DNA of 64,000 nucleotides from Camelus ferus (lineage: Eukaryota). The stretch is from positions 64,978,001 to 65,042,000 of the forward strand of contig NC_045697.1 in assembly GCF_009834535.1 (NCBI RefSeq), written 5' to 3'. Below are positions 52,445 through 64,000 of this stretch, one piece after another; positions within the stretch are counted from its first letter, which is position 1, and every line of letters begins with the position of its first letter. Below the pieces are notes generated by a model that was given only the letters and a program-made list of their open reading frames with translations, ran no database searches and was not told the origin of the DNA. A program made the position numbers and the translations under genes.

Positions 52445-55400
52445 CTAGCTTTAGCTTTCCAGGGTGGAGAAATACAAGACTCTATGTACCTTGGGTGCTT
52501 GGTTGAAACTGAGTGATACAACCGTATGAAGAGGGACAGGAGGTGTTTCTAATTTTGTACTAGGATGTGATACCAAGCTTGAAAAAATGTGAGTACTGCA
52601 ATTTGCTTGTAAAATGGCAGACATCAGCAGATACATGTTTCCTTAGTACCTGCCTTCTTCGCAGGGACCATTTCTTCCTAAACTGGTACATGTGGAGTCC
52701 ACTCTCTGAGAGGGCTTGCTTAGCAGTTGGAGCAGCATTCTGCCTGGGGTGTACTCTGTTTCCAGAGAATAAAGTTTGAGACCATGTGGTGAGGGAGTGG
52801 GGCTTTGAGGGAGAAGGGGCAAATGTCAACAGGTGATAGAGGGTGTGCCTTGGCTAAAATGTGGAAAATACAGGTCCTGGAACAAAATAATTAATTTCAA
52901 TAAATAATTATGGCTTTTCATGTGTCTGATAGTCTTCTGTTTACTTTTCACATTTTCAGCTTCTAGTCATTTCTACCTCTCTCATTTGCTTACCCTTTCA
53001 GCTTCACCATTCTTTACCTTATAACATCTCCACTTTCCTATAGTTTAATAAGCAATCTCCATTTCAGTCTAAAATTGACTCCTATTTTCTGTGATATCAC
53101 CAAGCCATTATAGTCTCTACCCTACCTTTTTCTCTATTTCACTGTATATAATTGGCTTCTAACATGAGATCAGATGATCTTTTCAATATAGTAGAGAACA
53201 AAGACTTTGAAATAGCTATTTACTTAATAGTCATCCTTCACAATAATTTAAATTTTTTTTCTGGATTCATGGTTATGTTGTTTTAATGATAGAAATTTCC
53301 AGAAATCTATTTGATAGTGGGTTGTCACATGTAAATTTAACTGCAAAAAGTAAAATAAAACAAAGCAAATAAAACAAGGATTGTAGTAATTTTTATATAT
53401 TTTTACTTGAAAAAGGAAATTAATCATATTATATTCCAAGTCTTAAATCTTATAGAAACAGTTATATTTATGTTTCTTAGAACATTTTGTGCTTTTCAGA
53501 AATACATTGTTTAAGCTTCTAATATTCAAACTGCAAGGTCACTATAGACAGTGAAACTATTGAAAGATCTGTAAAGTTTATGAGCAATAAGAGATCATTT
53601 TTCTAGTAATCTATATTTACTTGATGCATTTTTTAGATAGTTACAATATGTAATTATTTGAATAAATCCATATAATACACATTGGTGCTATTTATATATA
53701 TATCAAAAGAAAAACTTTTAATAACTTATTAAGTACTCTGAAATGGTTATTCACCTGGACAAATATTATTATAGTAATAAATACATAAAGCAATAAAGAT
53801 ATTATTAAAGAAATAAATATGCTTTATTTCAGAAATGTTATTATTTGTAAAACTTTATTTGTAACATACTTACTTCTTGGTGATAGTTGGGTATTTTTCA
53901 CAAATTATAGTAACTAATTTTGGTTTGTTAGCAAACACAGTATTCATTGATATCTTTATGGCTTTATTTGTAATATTTATACATAAACTTGCAAGGTTCC
54001 AGACATTAATTGTCAATGTTTAATAAACCCAGATTGTACCTATAGTATCTTGTTCATCCCCTGCCTATGTATTTCAGTATTTTTGCACTGAGTGAGCTAG
54101 CCACTTGTGGAAAGTATTAAGAAAAGTGAGTCTAAATTCTCAAATGATACTAACAGGTCAGTTATTTTATTACAGTATAGCAAAGTGTTGCAGATGTCAG
54201 TGACCAGTTGAAAAGATTGAAATACGGAGTTGTTGAGTTGAGACCCATACTAACCCAAGAGCAAATTACTTCCTTCCTATCCCAGATAACTGAGATGTGT
54301 TCGAAATACCATTGGAGCTATTGGTTTCTGAAGTTTCAGAGACTTGAAAGACTGAATTGTCTTTTGAAAATTCTTCCTGCACTGGTTTTGTTTTAGGCAC
54401 CAATAGGAAAACATTACAGATATTTCATCTATGACTATTTATTTGCTACAGGTATGTGCCTATATATACACATGAAAGTCAAAAGATGGGAGAGGAGAGG
54501 CAGATTGCATGATACTTTAATAATAGTTTGACTTTTAATAAATGTCATTGACATATTTTAAATTTGCAGAAAATTCAGCTGTTGCTGCAATAACAAATAT
54601 CCTTAATGGTATCATATCAGGTTTCATGATCTTTTAGTGTGATGAGATAGTAACTGATATGTATACCAATGAATTACTAGAAGACCTAAAATATTAGCAA
54701 ACCAGCCAAAATAGTCTACATATAAATTCAATAGTTCAAAACACTTGCTTTTGAGAATGTATGATGTTTTTCTCAAAATTGTTGGTGAATAAATAAATAT
54801 AATCTAGTAATTTATCCATTACTATTTCACCAGGAAAACATTTCTAATAAACAATTTGAAGGAATGAGGTAAAGATAAAGGTGACTCATCCAAAATTCAT
54901 AGTAAACCAGTGAGAGGGCTCAGTATATTTTATCAGTTATTCAATTCTTATTTAGTGTTGCAGAATTATTTAGAATAGTATGTCTGGTCTGAAGTTTAAT
55001 AACATATACCACAATTTTAAATAGCTTTTCCTTCTATATAATCATATATTATTTAAGAATCTAAAACTGTGATTGTCATAATTATTCAGGTAATGTTTAA
55101 TATGCAATAAGTGTACCTCAAACATTAATAAATCTACATTTTAGTCAATGAAAGAAAATTTGTGTTCCATAGCACTTAAAATATTTGTCCAAACTCTCTA
55201 GTGAATCAGTAGAATAAGTAGAACTAGGGCCAAGTTCATAATTGCATGCTTTCCATCTAAGGTCATGGGAGCACATAAAATTGCCTGATGAGTAACTGTT
55301 AAGGTGAGGCCACTGTGAAGTCTGAAGTTCCCATCTACAGAGAAGAGTGTGTGGAAAAATGCATAGACTTTGTAATGGTCAATTTTAAGGAATGGACTAA

Positions 55401-56117
55401 TGAGTATTTTCTTTGCAAAAGAATTCAGAAGGTTTTCTGAGGTCATCTACAAATTTTTGAAAATAATCAATTCCTAAAGATACGGAGTCCTTATGTGTAA
55501 GAATGTATAAAAGGTGGTGATTATTTAAGGCAGATCTGTGTGGATGGGGAAGATCCAGGCTTTCAGTCACATCCTTAAGTTGCATGAAAAACATTACTAA
55601 AATATTCAGTGGAAACACTATGATAAACAAATTATAGGCTGAATGTTTGGTAAGAGAGGAACAGTTGTGGTGTGTGTCTCTGTGTGTGTGTCTGCCATTA
55701 AGGCAGGATGGAGATATGTAAGAAAGAGATTTGCCTATAAAAAATCACATTGAATGAGTTACTTGTCTGTATCAAGAATATGAATTTGGTCCATGACAAT
55801 TGGACATAAGAAATATCCTGTTTTGTTTTCATAAGCAGATAAATCTAGCTGTAATTCTACTTGCCACAAGTTGTTAGAAACTCCATCTTATGGGCACATA
55901 TGAGTTCTTTCCCTCTCCCCAGGATACACAAGATTCTGGGGAAGGGTTTATATGGTTACTGGAGGGGAATTTTTAGTCTATCGTGATCATTGATGAGATG
56001 TGCCTTGTCCAACCTCCGTTGGTCTTTTGGGGGTGGTAAACTCCTTTCATTCAGTGCTGAATATGGCCTTAGGAACTTTCCTGAAGTCACACCATTAGTG
56101 TCCTCCTATTCCTTTTT

Positions 56118-56156
<39 letters not shown>
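56118..56156. repeat. (CG)/(CA)n microsatellite
   Basis: cacacgcgcgcacaca... Confidence 0.95.
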
Positions 56157-56159
<3 letters not shown>

Positions 56160-56960
56160 AATCATCCATAAACCAAGAGGCTCTATCTCTTGACTAGTTC
56201 TGCTTTCACTGGTGTAGTTTCCAGTCCCCTGTTGAAATGTCCACTACTGTTCATCTCCATGCATTCTTACTCAGTATTGAATTAGCATGTTTCTCTGTCC
56301 TTGGGTGGCTCTAGTTCTACATAGTCCACTTACAGCAACAACCTTTCATAATCACCCTATCTATCCACAGAAACTGCACAGTAATACTTTGTAGTAGTTT
56401 ACCATACTGTGGATCATATAGAATATGACTGTCTTTGCCATACATTGGAGGCTATTTTCCACTCTTCCTGCCCATCCTAAAGCTGAGAGGGTCCACATCT
56501 TTGTACTCCTACATACTATTCTAAGCACACACTCAGCATCCTGCTTTCTTCTAGATTCTATTGGCTATCTTTGGAACAGCAACACAGGAGTTATGAATGA
56601 TAAAGTCTAGACTCAGAATACACTCAGAATGCAAGACTTTGTTGGTTTGAACTCAGAAAAAATCCTTTTACTCATTATCCCAATAGTGAACATGAAGTCC
56701 ACATTTTTATTTCCGTTAATTAATATCCTACGTTAGTAATGTTTGGTCAGTAGAATTTTTGTATGGTATATATTTGTATTTACAACCTTAGTTGGACCCT
56801 CAACACTACTTGAGAGTCTTTTTAATAATTTCTTAAAAATCTCTAAGTTCCTGAATAGTTGCAGCAAAACTTTTGTCATTTTTCTCAAGTCTTACCTTAA
56901 TTTATGCTAATCTCAGCAGACTCTTACTATCTCCGAAATTTTCTATTTTACAAGAGAATT

Positions 56961-57003
56961 TTATAGCTGCTTAGTGACAGAATGACAAATGAATGTCCTC
57001 TTC
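56961..57003 (+). repeat. 43-bp dispersed direct repeat, copy 1
   Basis: ttatagctgcttagtgacagaatgacaaatgaatgtcctcttc; 41/43 identical to 59669-59711. Confidence 0.9.
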
Positions 57004-57289
57004 TTCTATATCTTTAATTTTTTCCCCTCAGCTAATAAATACATGCTCTAGCCAGTTCAAGTCTTTCCACTCCATCTGTGCCCCTATTCCCTTCCAGCCT
57101 CCTCCAGAAGTCTGAATCATTAATAATCTTTCTGTATCTCCCTCCACACCAGCTCCTTTCCCTAGATGTGCTGAACTGTCTTTCACCCTTGAAATACAAC
57201 AACTAAATTCTGGTGTGTGTTTTAGGGGAAGGTGGTGGGAAGACTTTTCCTTCAAATCAAAATCACACGTCTGAATCCATTCATTTCAG

Positions 57290-57820
57290 TTGTCTTAAAA
57301 TATCAGTGTCTCCACTTCTACCTATTTCTGCTTCGTCTCTTACTTCTGAAGATCGTTGATAACATTTCTTTATCATCAAATGTAATGACCTTTCTTCCAC
57401 CCCTATCCTGACTAATTGCAGATGTCATCTGCTCCCTCCTTGAAGATTCCCTCTTCCCTACATTTCTGTCACACTTCTCCCCTTGCTCCTCACAGCAAAC
57501 TCTGCTGCAAACACACTGTAATAGTTTGAAGAGTCATGTTTTTTCACACCTCTTTACCTCTGCACATACTCTTCCTTCTGCTTATAACTTTCATTCTCTC
57601 ATTTTATGCCTGGTGAATTCTTACCCCCGTTAAAGTTGTAGCTTCATTGTTGGTTCTTTTCTGAACCTCCCTTTTGCCTTCCCATCATGAACCCATCAAG
57701 AAGAATCAATCATTATGTTCTGCTGTAAATACTTTGCACTTTATAATGTCAGTGTTTACATTTTATTAAAATGTATGTGCTTGGTCTCCTCTACCAGAAT
57801 GTTAACTCCTTAGGGGGAGG
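57290..57820 (+). mobile_element. Decayed L2 fragments
   Basis: gtcatctgctccctccttgaa; tgcctggtgaattctta; tctcctctaccagaatgttaactccttaggg. Confidence 0.55.
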
Positions 57821-57839
57821 GACAAATCCTTAACATACA

Positions 57840-57990
57840 GCAGAGACTTTAGAATCACATAGACCATGGCTAAAACTTTGTTCATTTTTAGCTGAGTAAT
57901 CTTGGACAAACTCTTTAATCTCACTAACTTCAGATTCCTAACCTGTAAAATCATTCTCACAAAGTATTGTTAAAAATTAAATGATTTTAA
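57840..57990 (+). mobile_element. MIR fragment
   Basis: agctgagtaatcttggacaaactctttaatctc ... ttcctaacctgtaaaat. Confidence 0.6.
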
Positions 57991-58414
57991 TATTCAGGAA
58001 GTGAAAAGTGAAGTTTCAAAGAAATTTCAAATAAATGAATCATTAAGTGAATGAAACTCTGATTAACATAGCTGTGGATACACAGTAAACACTTGATAAA
58101 TTTCTATTGAATAGATAGATAAGAGCTATTTCCTTTGTTTGAAAATTATTTACCTCCATCTTCTATATTTACCTTCTCCAATCATAGGAAATTCAAATCC
58201 CTCCTTTCACTCTGTTAACATAATGTTTACTTATAATTTATTCATTCATGTTACTACTTTCTAGCATGCGTATTTGGCATCATTGCTCTCACCAATTTTT
58301 TAACTCTATGAAATAAATGACATAACATGACTTCCTTTTCTTTTTAAGCAGAGACTACCCTGACACATAGTAGCAACATAATAAAAATTTATATATTTCA
58401 GTTGTAGCATGTTA

Positions 58415-58880
58415 CTGAATCAGTTAAAACTAGATTTGAATGCATATAACTGCCATCCCTCCCACACATACAAAGTACTAACAAGGGCTTAAATAACATA
58501 TGAGACTATAAGTGGGCTGATCTGAAATGGTGTGATGGTTCAGTGGTGTCAGGGGTCAAGGCTCTTTTTTCTTTTCTTACCTCATCACGTGGCTTCACCT
58601 CATGGTTTAAGATCTGCTGGAGCTCTAGGCATCACATCTTCATTCCAGCTAGTGAAAAGGATGGAGGGGGAAGGAGGGTCAGCTCACCCTTTAAAGCTGC
58701 ACACAACACTTACCTGGGAGTTGCACATAAGTATGCTTGTCTTATGGCTCCATGGGAGAAAATTACTATTATGGTCATACCTAACTACAAGCAAAGGCTG
58801 AGGATGTAGACTTTATATTGAATAGTTATACACTAAAACATTACAGAGAAGCAGAGTAGAAAACTAGTAGTAGTTGCCAC
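58415..58880 (-). mobile_element. Old MaLR LTR (MLT1J/K/L-like)
   Basis: gctggagctctaggcatcacatcttcattccag; ggtcatacctaactacaagcaaaggctgaggatgtag. Confidence 0.55.
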
Positions 58881-59668
58881 CATTTAAATAACAACAAAAA
58901 GATTATATTATTCTGCTATACTTCTCAGGTGCCCAGAAAAACATTTGGCCCAATGGAAGACTTATTACTACTTCTTTATATTTAGGACAAACTGTATAAT
59001 TGGCTCTTTTTTCCCTCCTCTGAATTCTATGCTATAGAAGTATGAATATTCTTATACCCCAATGAATACAGCTAATTTAATGATGAAATTTAGAGCATTT
59101 CAATTTCCAGAGAGTTTTGTGTGTATGTATGTGTTAAGATAAACACTTTCTCTCACATTAGAATCTAAGTAAACAAAATGATATAGAATTCAGAAATATA
59201 AAAATTTTAAATAGGTTTTTAAAAAACTAATATCACATAGCAAATATTATTTAAAAAGGTGAAAATATGCTTCTAGAGTATTTCCTTAATAAAGCACATG
59301 AGTTTTCAAAATTAACATCAATAGTAAAATAAATGGAAAAAATAACTAAAACCAAAGATTGAAGTTTGTACTGCTTGGAGTATCTAATTTTTGCTGTTTT
59401 CTGTGCCATAAAGAAACTGAGTTTTTGGCTTAGCACTTGCTTGTAGTATCCATTTTGGAAAAGGGTGTATGCTACATCTGGCTTAAAAGATAAAAATTCA
59501 AATATAAATTACACTCATCAAACTAGTTTCATTCAATAAAAATTTTGGCATGTCTGTTATTTCCAGTTTTAGGCTATCCTTTATAAAAAGCCATTTTCAA
59601 ACTATAACCATACAGAATTAACTCTAAGCTTTTTGTATGTCCCAAATCAGACATTGTGAAACTACTTC

Positions 59669-59711
59669 TTATAGCTCCTTAGCGACAGAATGACAAATGA
59701 ATGTCCTCTTC
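59669..59711 (+). repeat. 43-bp dispersed direct repeat, copy 2
   Basis: ttatagctccttagcgacagaatgacaaatgaatgtcctcttc. Confidence 0.9.
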
Positions 59712-60680
59712 ATTGTAGTGAAAGATGACTGACTTAATGAGCCGTGTCTTACTTGTCAATTAAGTTTCTTCCTCTGTATGTCTCTTTACAGGTAAAGCAA
59801 TTCCTTGAAACCACAGTTGTAGGGAAGAGAAAGAAATATATGATCCCTCTCTCTGCCCTCAAGGAGAATAGCCCTGCACATCAGATTCTAAAAGCACTGA
59901 TTGTTCAAAATTACTATTTTATTATTAAAATTACTTACATGAGTGTATGTCAGATGAGTGTGTATCATGTACTAGTGTGTTCAGTCACTTTCCTTGACCA
60001 TGGTTTCCTGTGTTCCCTTTGTTACTTTATGAAACACCATGTGACATGTTTTACTTAACTCCAGTCATTCAGAATCCATCATTAATATTCCACAAATGAA
60101 GAAAAATTAATGTTATGATCGTGGGAATATAGATCAAAGAAAGGTGGTCAGTTAGTGGAAATTGAAAAATAATTGTTCGTATTGCTTTAGGATTCTTATT
60201 ATAAAGCTTATTAACACACACTTCTTTTTCTTAATAACTGATTGATATCTTCACAAGCATACATGATTTTTATTCTGGACAGAATTTCTTGTTTGGACAT
60301 ATTTATCATCATAGAGCTGAATGGAGTGAAAGAAGGTACATAAAATTAACAATTTTTAAAAATTTGAGTATAGAAATGTAAAATTATTTTTACTCATCAT
60401 AAATTGATACTTTACATTTTTAAGATCATACCTTGTCTCATGATGTTTCAAACTTATTCCATTCTAAATATATTTAGATTACTAGGGAAAGCCTCAAGTA
60501 AAAATGATACTTTAAAACTATTACTTTAAAAACTTAGAGGAGTCCCCCCAAGTTACATTTTACTTCATTGATCTTTAGGTGGTAATCTGTATCTCTATTT
60601 CTGTGTTGCAGATTTTTTTTATGGCGTTAGAACCTCACAGAGTTCTAGGTTTAGAACTAAGTAAGGACTAGATGAATGAA

Positions 60681-60715
<35 letters not shown>
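60681..60715. repeat. (TG)n(TA)n microsatellite
   Basis: Direct reading. Confidence 0.95.
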
Positions 60716-60898
60716 TACAAACAATATGTAATTTTACTGTGGACTTATGAATTTATGAGCATACCAAACATTTTAAGTCTAATAAATACATTTTTCTTAC
60801 TGTTGACTTATATCTATTTCAAGAAAAAAACCCTAGACTATTAAAATATGACCCTACCCAATTTTAATTGAGCAGGGTTTGTCATTGCTACCCACAAC

Positions 60899-61505
60899 TG
60901 CATTGGTTTTCCATTGCTGTTAACAAATTATCACACATTCAGGAGCTTAAAACGACACCCGTATATTAGCTTGAAGTTCTGTAGGTCGGATCTTAGAGAG
61001 TAACTGGGCTCTCGGCTCAGCATATTACAAGGCCAAAATCAAAATGCCAATCAGGCAAAGTTCTTATCTGTAGGCTCCAGGGGAGAAATTCACTTCCAGG
61101 CTCGTTTTTGTTGTTGTCAGAGTTCAGTTCCTTGTGATTATAGAACTGAGGTCTCTGCTTGCTGACTAACTGTCTCTTGGAAGCCACTCATCTAGAGGCC
61201 ATTCACCATCTTTGATTTGTGGCCCCTTTCACTTTGAGGCAAGCAATAGAGTATCAAATTCCTCTCATTCATCCAATCTCAGGCTTCTTTTGCAACCAGC
61301 AGGAAAAAAACTTTCTGCTTTTTAAAGGGTCACATCATGACATCAGGCCTACACAGGTAACCTCCCTATTTTAAAGCCAGCTCTCCCATTTGCTTAGCCT
61401 AAGCACAGGAGTAAAATCTATTAAGTACACAGTCCTGGAGATTATGGAGGGCATGTAGATAGGGGAGGGAAATTTGAGGGGCCATTTTAGGATTCTGTCT
61501 ACCTG
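60899..61505 (-). mobile_element. MaLR solo LTR, MLT1E/F-like
   Basis: attgctgttaacaaattatcacac, gcttaaaacgacac, gttcagttccttgtgattatagaactgagg, ggggccattttaggattctgtctacc. Confidence 0.75.
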
Positions 61506-61899
61506 AACAACCTTCTTTTTTTTTACATTTATTTCTCATATGGTGCTCATTGGCCACTAGACTAGGTTGGTCGTAATTGCCATAGTACCAAATATAGCCT
61601 TGATCTTAATAATCACTACCTTTATTGTCATTGCTTTATTTAAATGTTCTGTCTTCCATTTTAAATTGTTAGCATGGTAATGCAAAGGCCTGATCTGGCT
61701 TCATCATAACTGCATGTTAACAATATTCTTGGTACCTAATCCTTTTCTGACTACACAAAATAGATGCTCAATAAATATGAGTTGAAGTAGGAAATGAAAG
61801 CAACACTAGAGAAATGCTGTTATATGAATGTCTTCCAATAAGCCTACTCTAATCCTTCTTCTCATGCTACAAGTGTCCGGTCGGATGTTACTTTTAAAG

Positions 61900-62150
61900 T
61901 TCATTGAAGCATTGTAGATGGGCTCCCCAGTTACTTCCGCTGTCATGAAGCTCTTTATTTACTTCCTATCTCATCATTTCTGTAATGTTTTTCTTTACTT
62001 ATCTGTTTACCTGTTTACTGTCTGGTTCCTACTAGAACAAGATTTCATAAGATGAATACTTCATGCTTCATTCATCATTATGTGTCCAGAGTCTAAACTA
62101 ATACCTGGTTCATAATGGGTGCTCAGCAAATACTGAAAGAGTGAATGGAT
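61900..62150 (+). mobile_element. L2 3' end
   Basis: tacctggttcataatgggtgctcagcaaatactgaaagagtgaatgga. Confidence 0.6.
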
Positions 62151-64000
62151 TATGGCCTGGCAGAACAGTCCTACAGAGTTTGGATGTTATTTTTCATGGC
62201 ACAAATAACCTGAACATTTAAAGCTCTCAAAATGCATTACAGAAGTTTTCCAACATTTTTTGACTATTATTTCAATGTTAGCCACTACAATCTGTAGTCT
62301 TTAATTACACAGTACATTACCTTTTGCTACCCCTCAGATCAAGAATGTTTTATGCAAATTAACTTACAAATTCAAGGCGACTATAGGTGAAATTAGAGAT
62401 TTAAAAAATTTATTTCAATGTTCAAAAAGAGGGGGGAGGTAATAGTTACACCAAGAATTTCATATAATGAAAATGCTAATTTTTAATGTAAATTTACTTC
62501 ATCTGGACATACTTCAATGTAGATTGCATTCATTTAGACATAATCATTTTTCACAAAGTACATTGGTCCTTTAGTTTGGTCTTTGATAGTTGTTTGTATT
62601 TTGAATTTTAAATTTAGATTAGTCAGCATCTTTCTATGTTTCTCTTTATGTTGTGCTGGAAATCCAGAGTAAAAACAGTATGACCCATATTACTATTTGT
62701 AAAGCGTTTTGAGCTTCTCAGAGCTTCCTGTGCCATCACCAGTTGTAACTCCAAGCATGTTCTCCTGTTTCCATTGTGGAATGGAAAGTGACAGTTTCTG
62801 GTACTTTGCAGCTTGATAAACTGTCTACTAGAAAATATCTTAATCAGCATAAATTTAGGTTGCTCTGGGTTCATTTTTTATAAGATAAATGTCCTGATGT
62901 AATTTTAGGTATCCTAAAATGTAATTATTTAGATAGGAACTGCAAGGAAATAAATCCTTGATTCATTTTCTTTTAAATCCTGAAAGCTCAGTACCCTAAA
63001 TACTGCTTTGGTAGAAAAATCATTGACAGCTGCAGACTACCGCCACTTGAGACAGATTGATAAATGCACAACAACTTTTAAAAATCTCCATTCATTATTT
63101 ATTAGTAATTATCTTCTACTGGCTCTTCTGTCAACACTTACCCATTGGTTTATCAAATTAACTGATTAATGCCAAATACCATTCTAAGGCTTTTGCTTAA
63201 AACAGTAAATTTTAGATACTGTCATGGATATATATGTTATGCAAAATCTTGGAATTTTCCTATCTTATGAAAAATGGCTGAATTTTCATTTATCTTTTGA
63301 TTTAGGCCTTTGCTTTCTGCCAACGCATACACTTCTGCATCTTTCCTCCACCCTCATAATTTGCTCATGGTGAGAAAACTTTCTTTTAAACTCTCCTCTT
63401 TCAAGGATATCTTGTACTGTCCTCTTTGTGCCTCCTCTCTACACTCTGTTTCCTTCTATTATAGTCCCTATGAAGTTTTGGAATAATCACTTCCTCACAT
63501 ATCTGTCTAATTCATTCTCTCCCTTTCCTCTAGTTTATAAATTCAGGCACTTAGAATGAAGACACTAGCCCTCAATAAGTAATAAAGGAAAACTGGCCAA
63601 CCAAGATTAAATCATAATAGTCATCTCTCTAATTAGGCAGATACTTTTTAGCTCTTATTCCGAATTCCATATTAGCTTTTAACCAATAGAGTAAGTACTT
63701 TTTTGAGAGGCTCTCTTTATGAAAATATGTAATAGATGTCTTCACTTTCATCATTGTAACTGTGCTAGGGAAAAGATGTCTTCATTTTATGACTCTGACA
63801 TATGTTGGGAAGTACAGGTGGAAATCCAATATTGAAGGACTTTAGAGTGGATGTTTGCTGTTTTTGGTACCCAGGGAAGGAAGACTTTTGAAGTCAATCA
63901 GTGTATCTTTGGTATCCTGAGATCACTGCACTGTGGATGTTATATAACAAAGATCTGTGACCTCAATTATAGTAAAAATGATTCATCTTCTATTAATGTC

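Noticed and set aside
52650..52755. Possible 106-nt minus-strand internal exon (ACAG|AGTACACC...GGCAG|GTACTA)
   Set aside because: Weak acceptor tract and weak donor; neither open frame is recognisable.
62623..62874. 83-aa ORF or exon-like segment on the minus strand
   Set aside because: No good donor and no recognisable peptide in any frame.
1..64000. Novel prokaryote-style system (CRISPR, defence island, operon)
   Set aside because: The sequence is clearly mammalian and repeat-laden. There are no long ORFs, operons or repeat-spacer arrays, and the 22-bp repeat at 47-110 has no spacers.

Overview
AT-rich, CpG-poor mammalian genomic DNA with no CpG island and no recognisable intact protein-coding gene, RNA gene, CRISPR array or other prokaryotic system. 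It reads as intergenic sequence or a large intron, with many decayed eutherian interspersed repeats (L1, L2, MIR, MaLR/ERVL/ERV1 LTRs, hAT MER/Charlie elements) and microsatellites. A tRNA-derived SINE resembling camelid Vic-1 (about 31955-32073) suggests a camel, llama or alpaca genome. The only ORF-track peptides I recognise are dead LINE-1 ORF2 fragments (34847-36450). The best-supported structures are a 5'-inverted (twin-primed) L1 with junction microhomology and a degenerate target-site duplication (TSD) at 34517-36870, two 5'-truncated L1s with clear TSDs, nested hAT/L1 insertions, and an unexplained 43-bp near-perfect direct repeat 2.7 kb apart (56961 and 59669). A few low-confidence exon-like segments (17830-17886, 18275-18355, 32384-32618) could belong to an unidentified gene. 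I found no evidence of a novel biological system. Repeat subfamily names come from my recall of consensus sequences, and boundaries are approximate unless a TSD is given.
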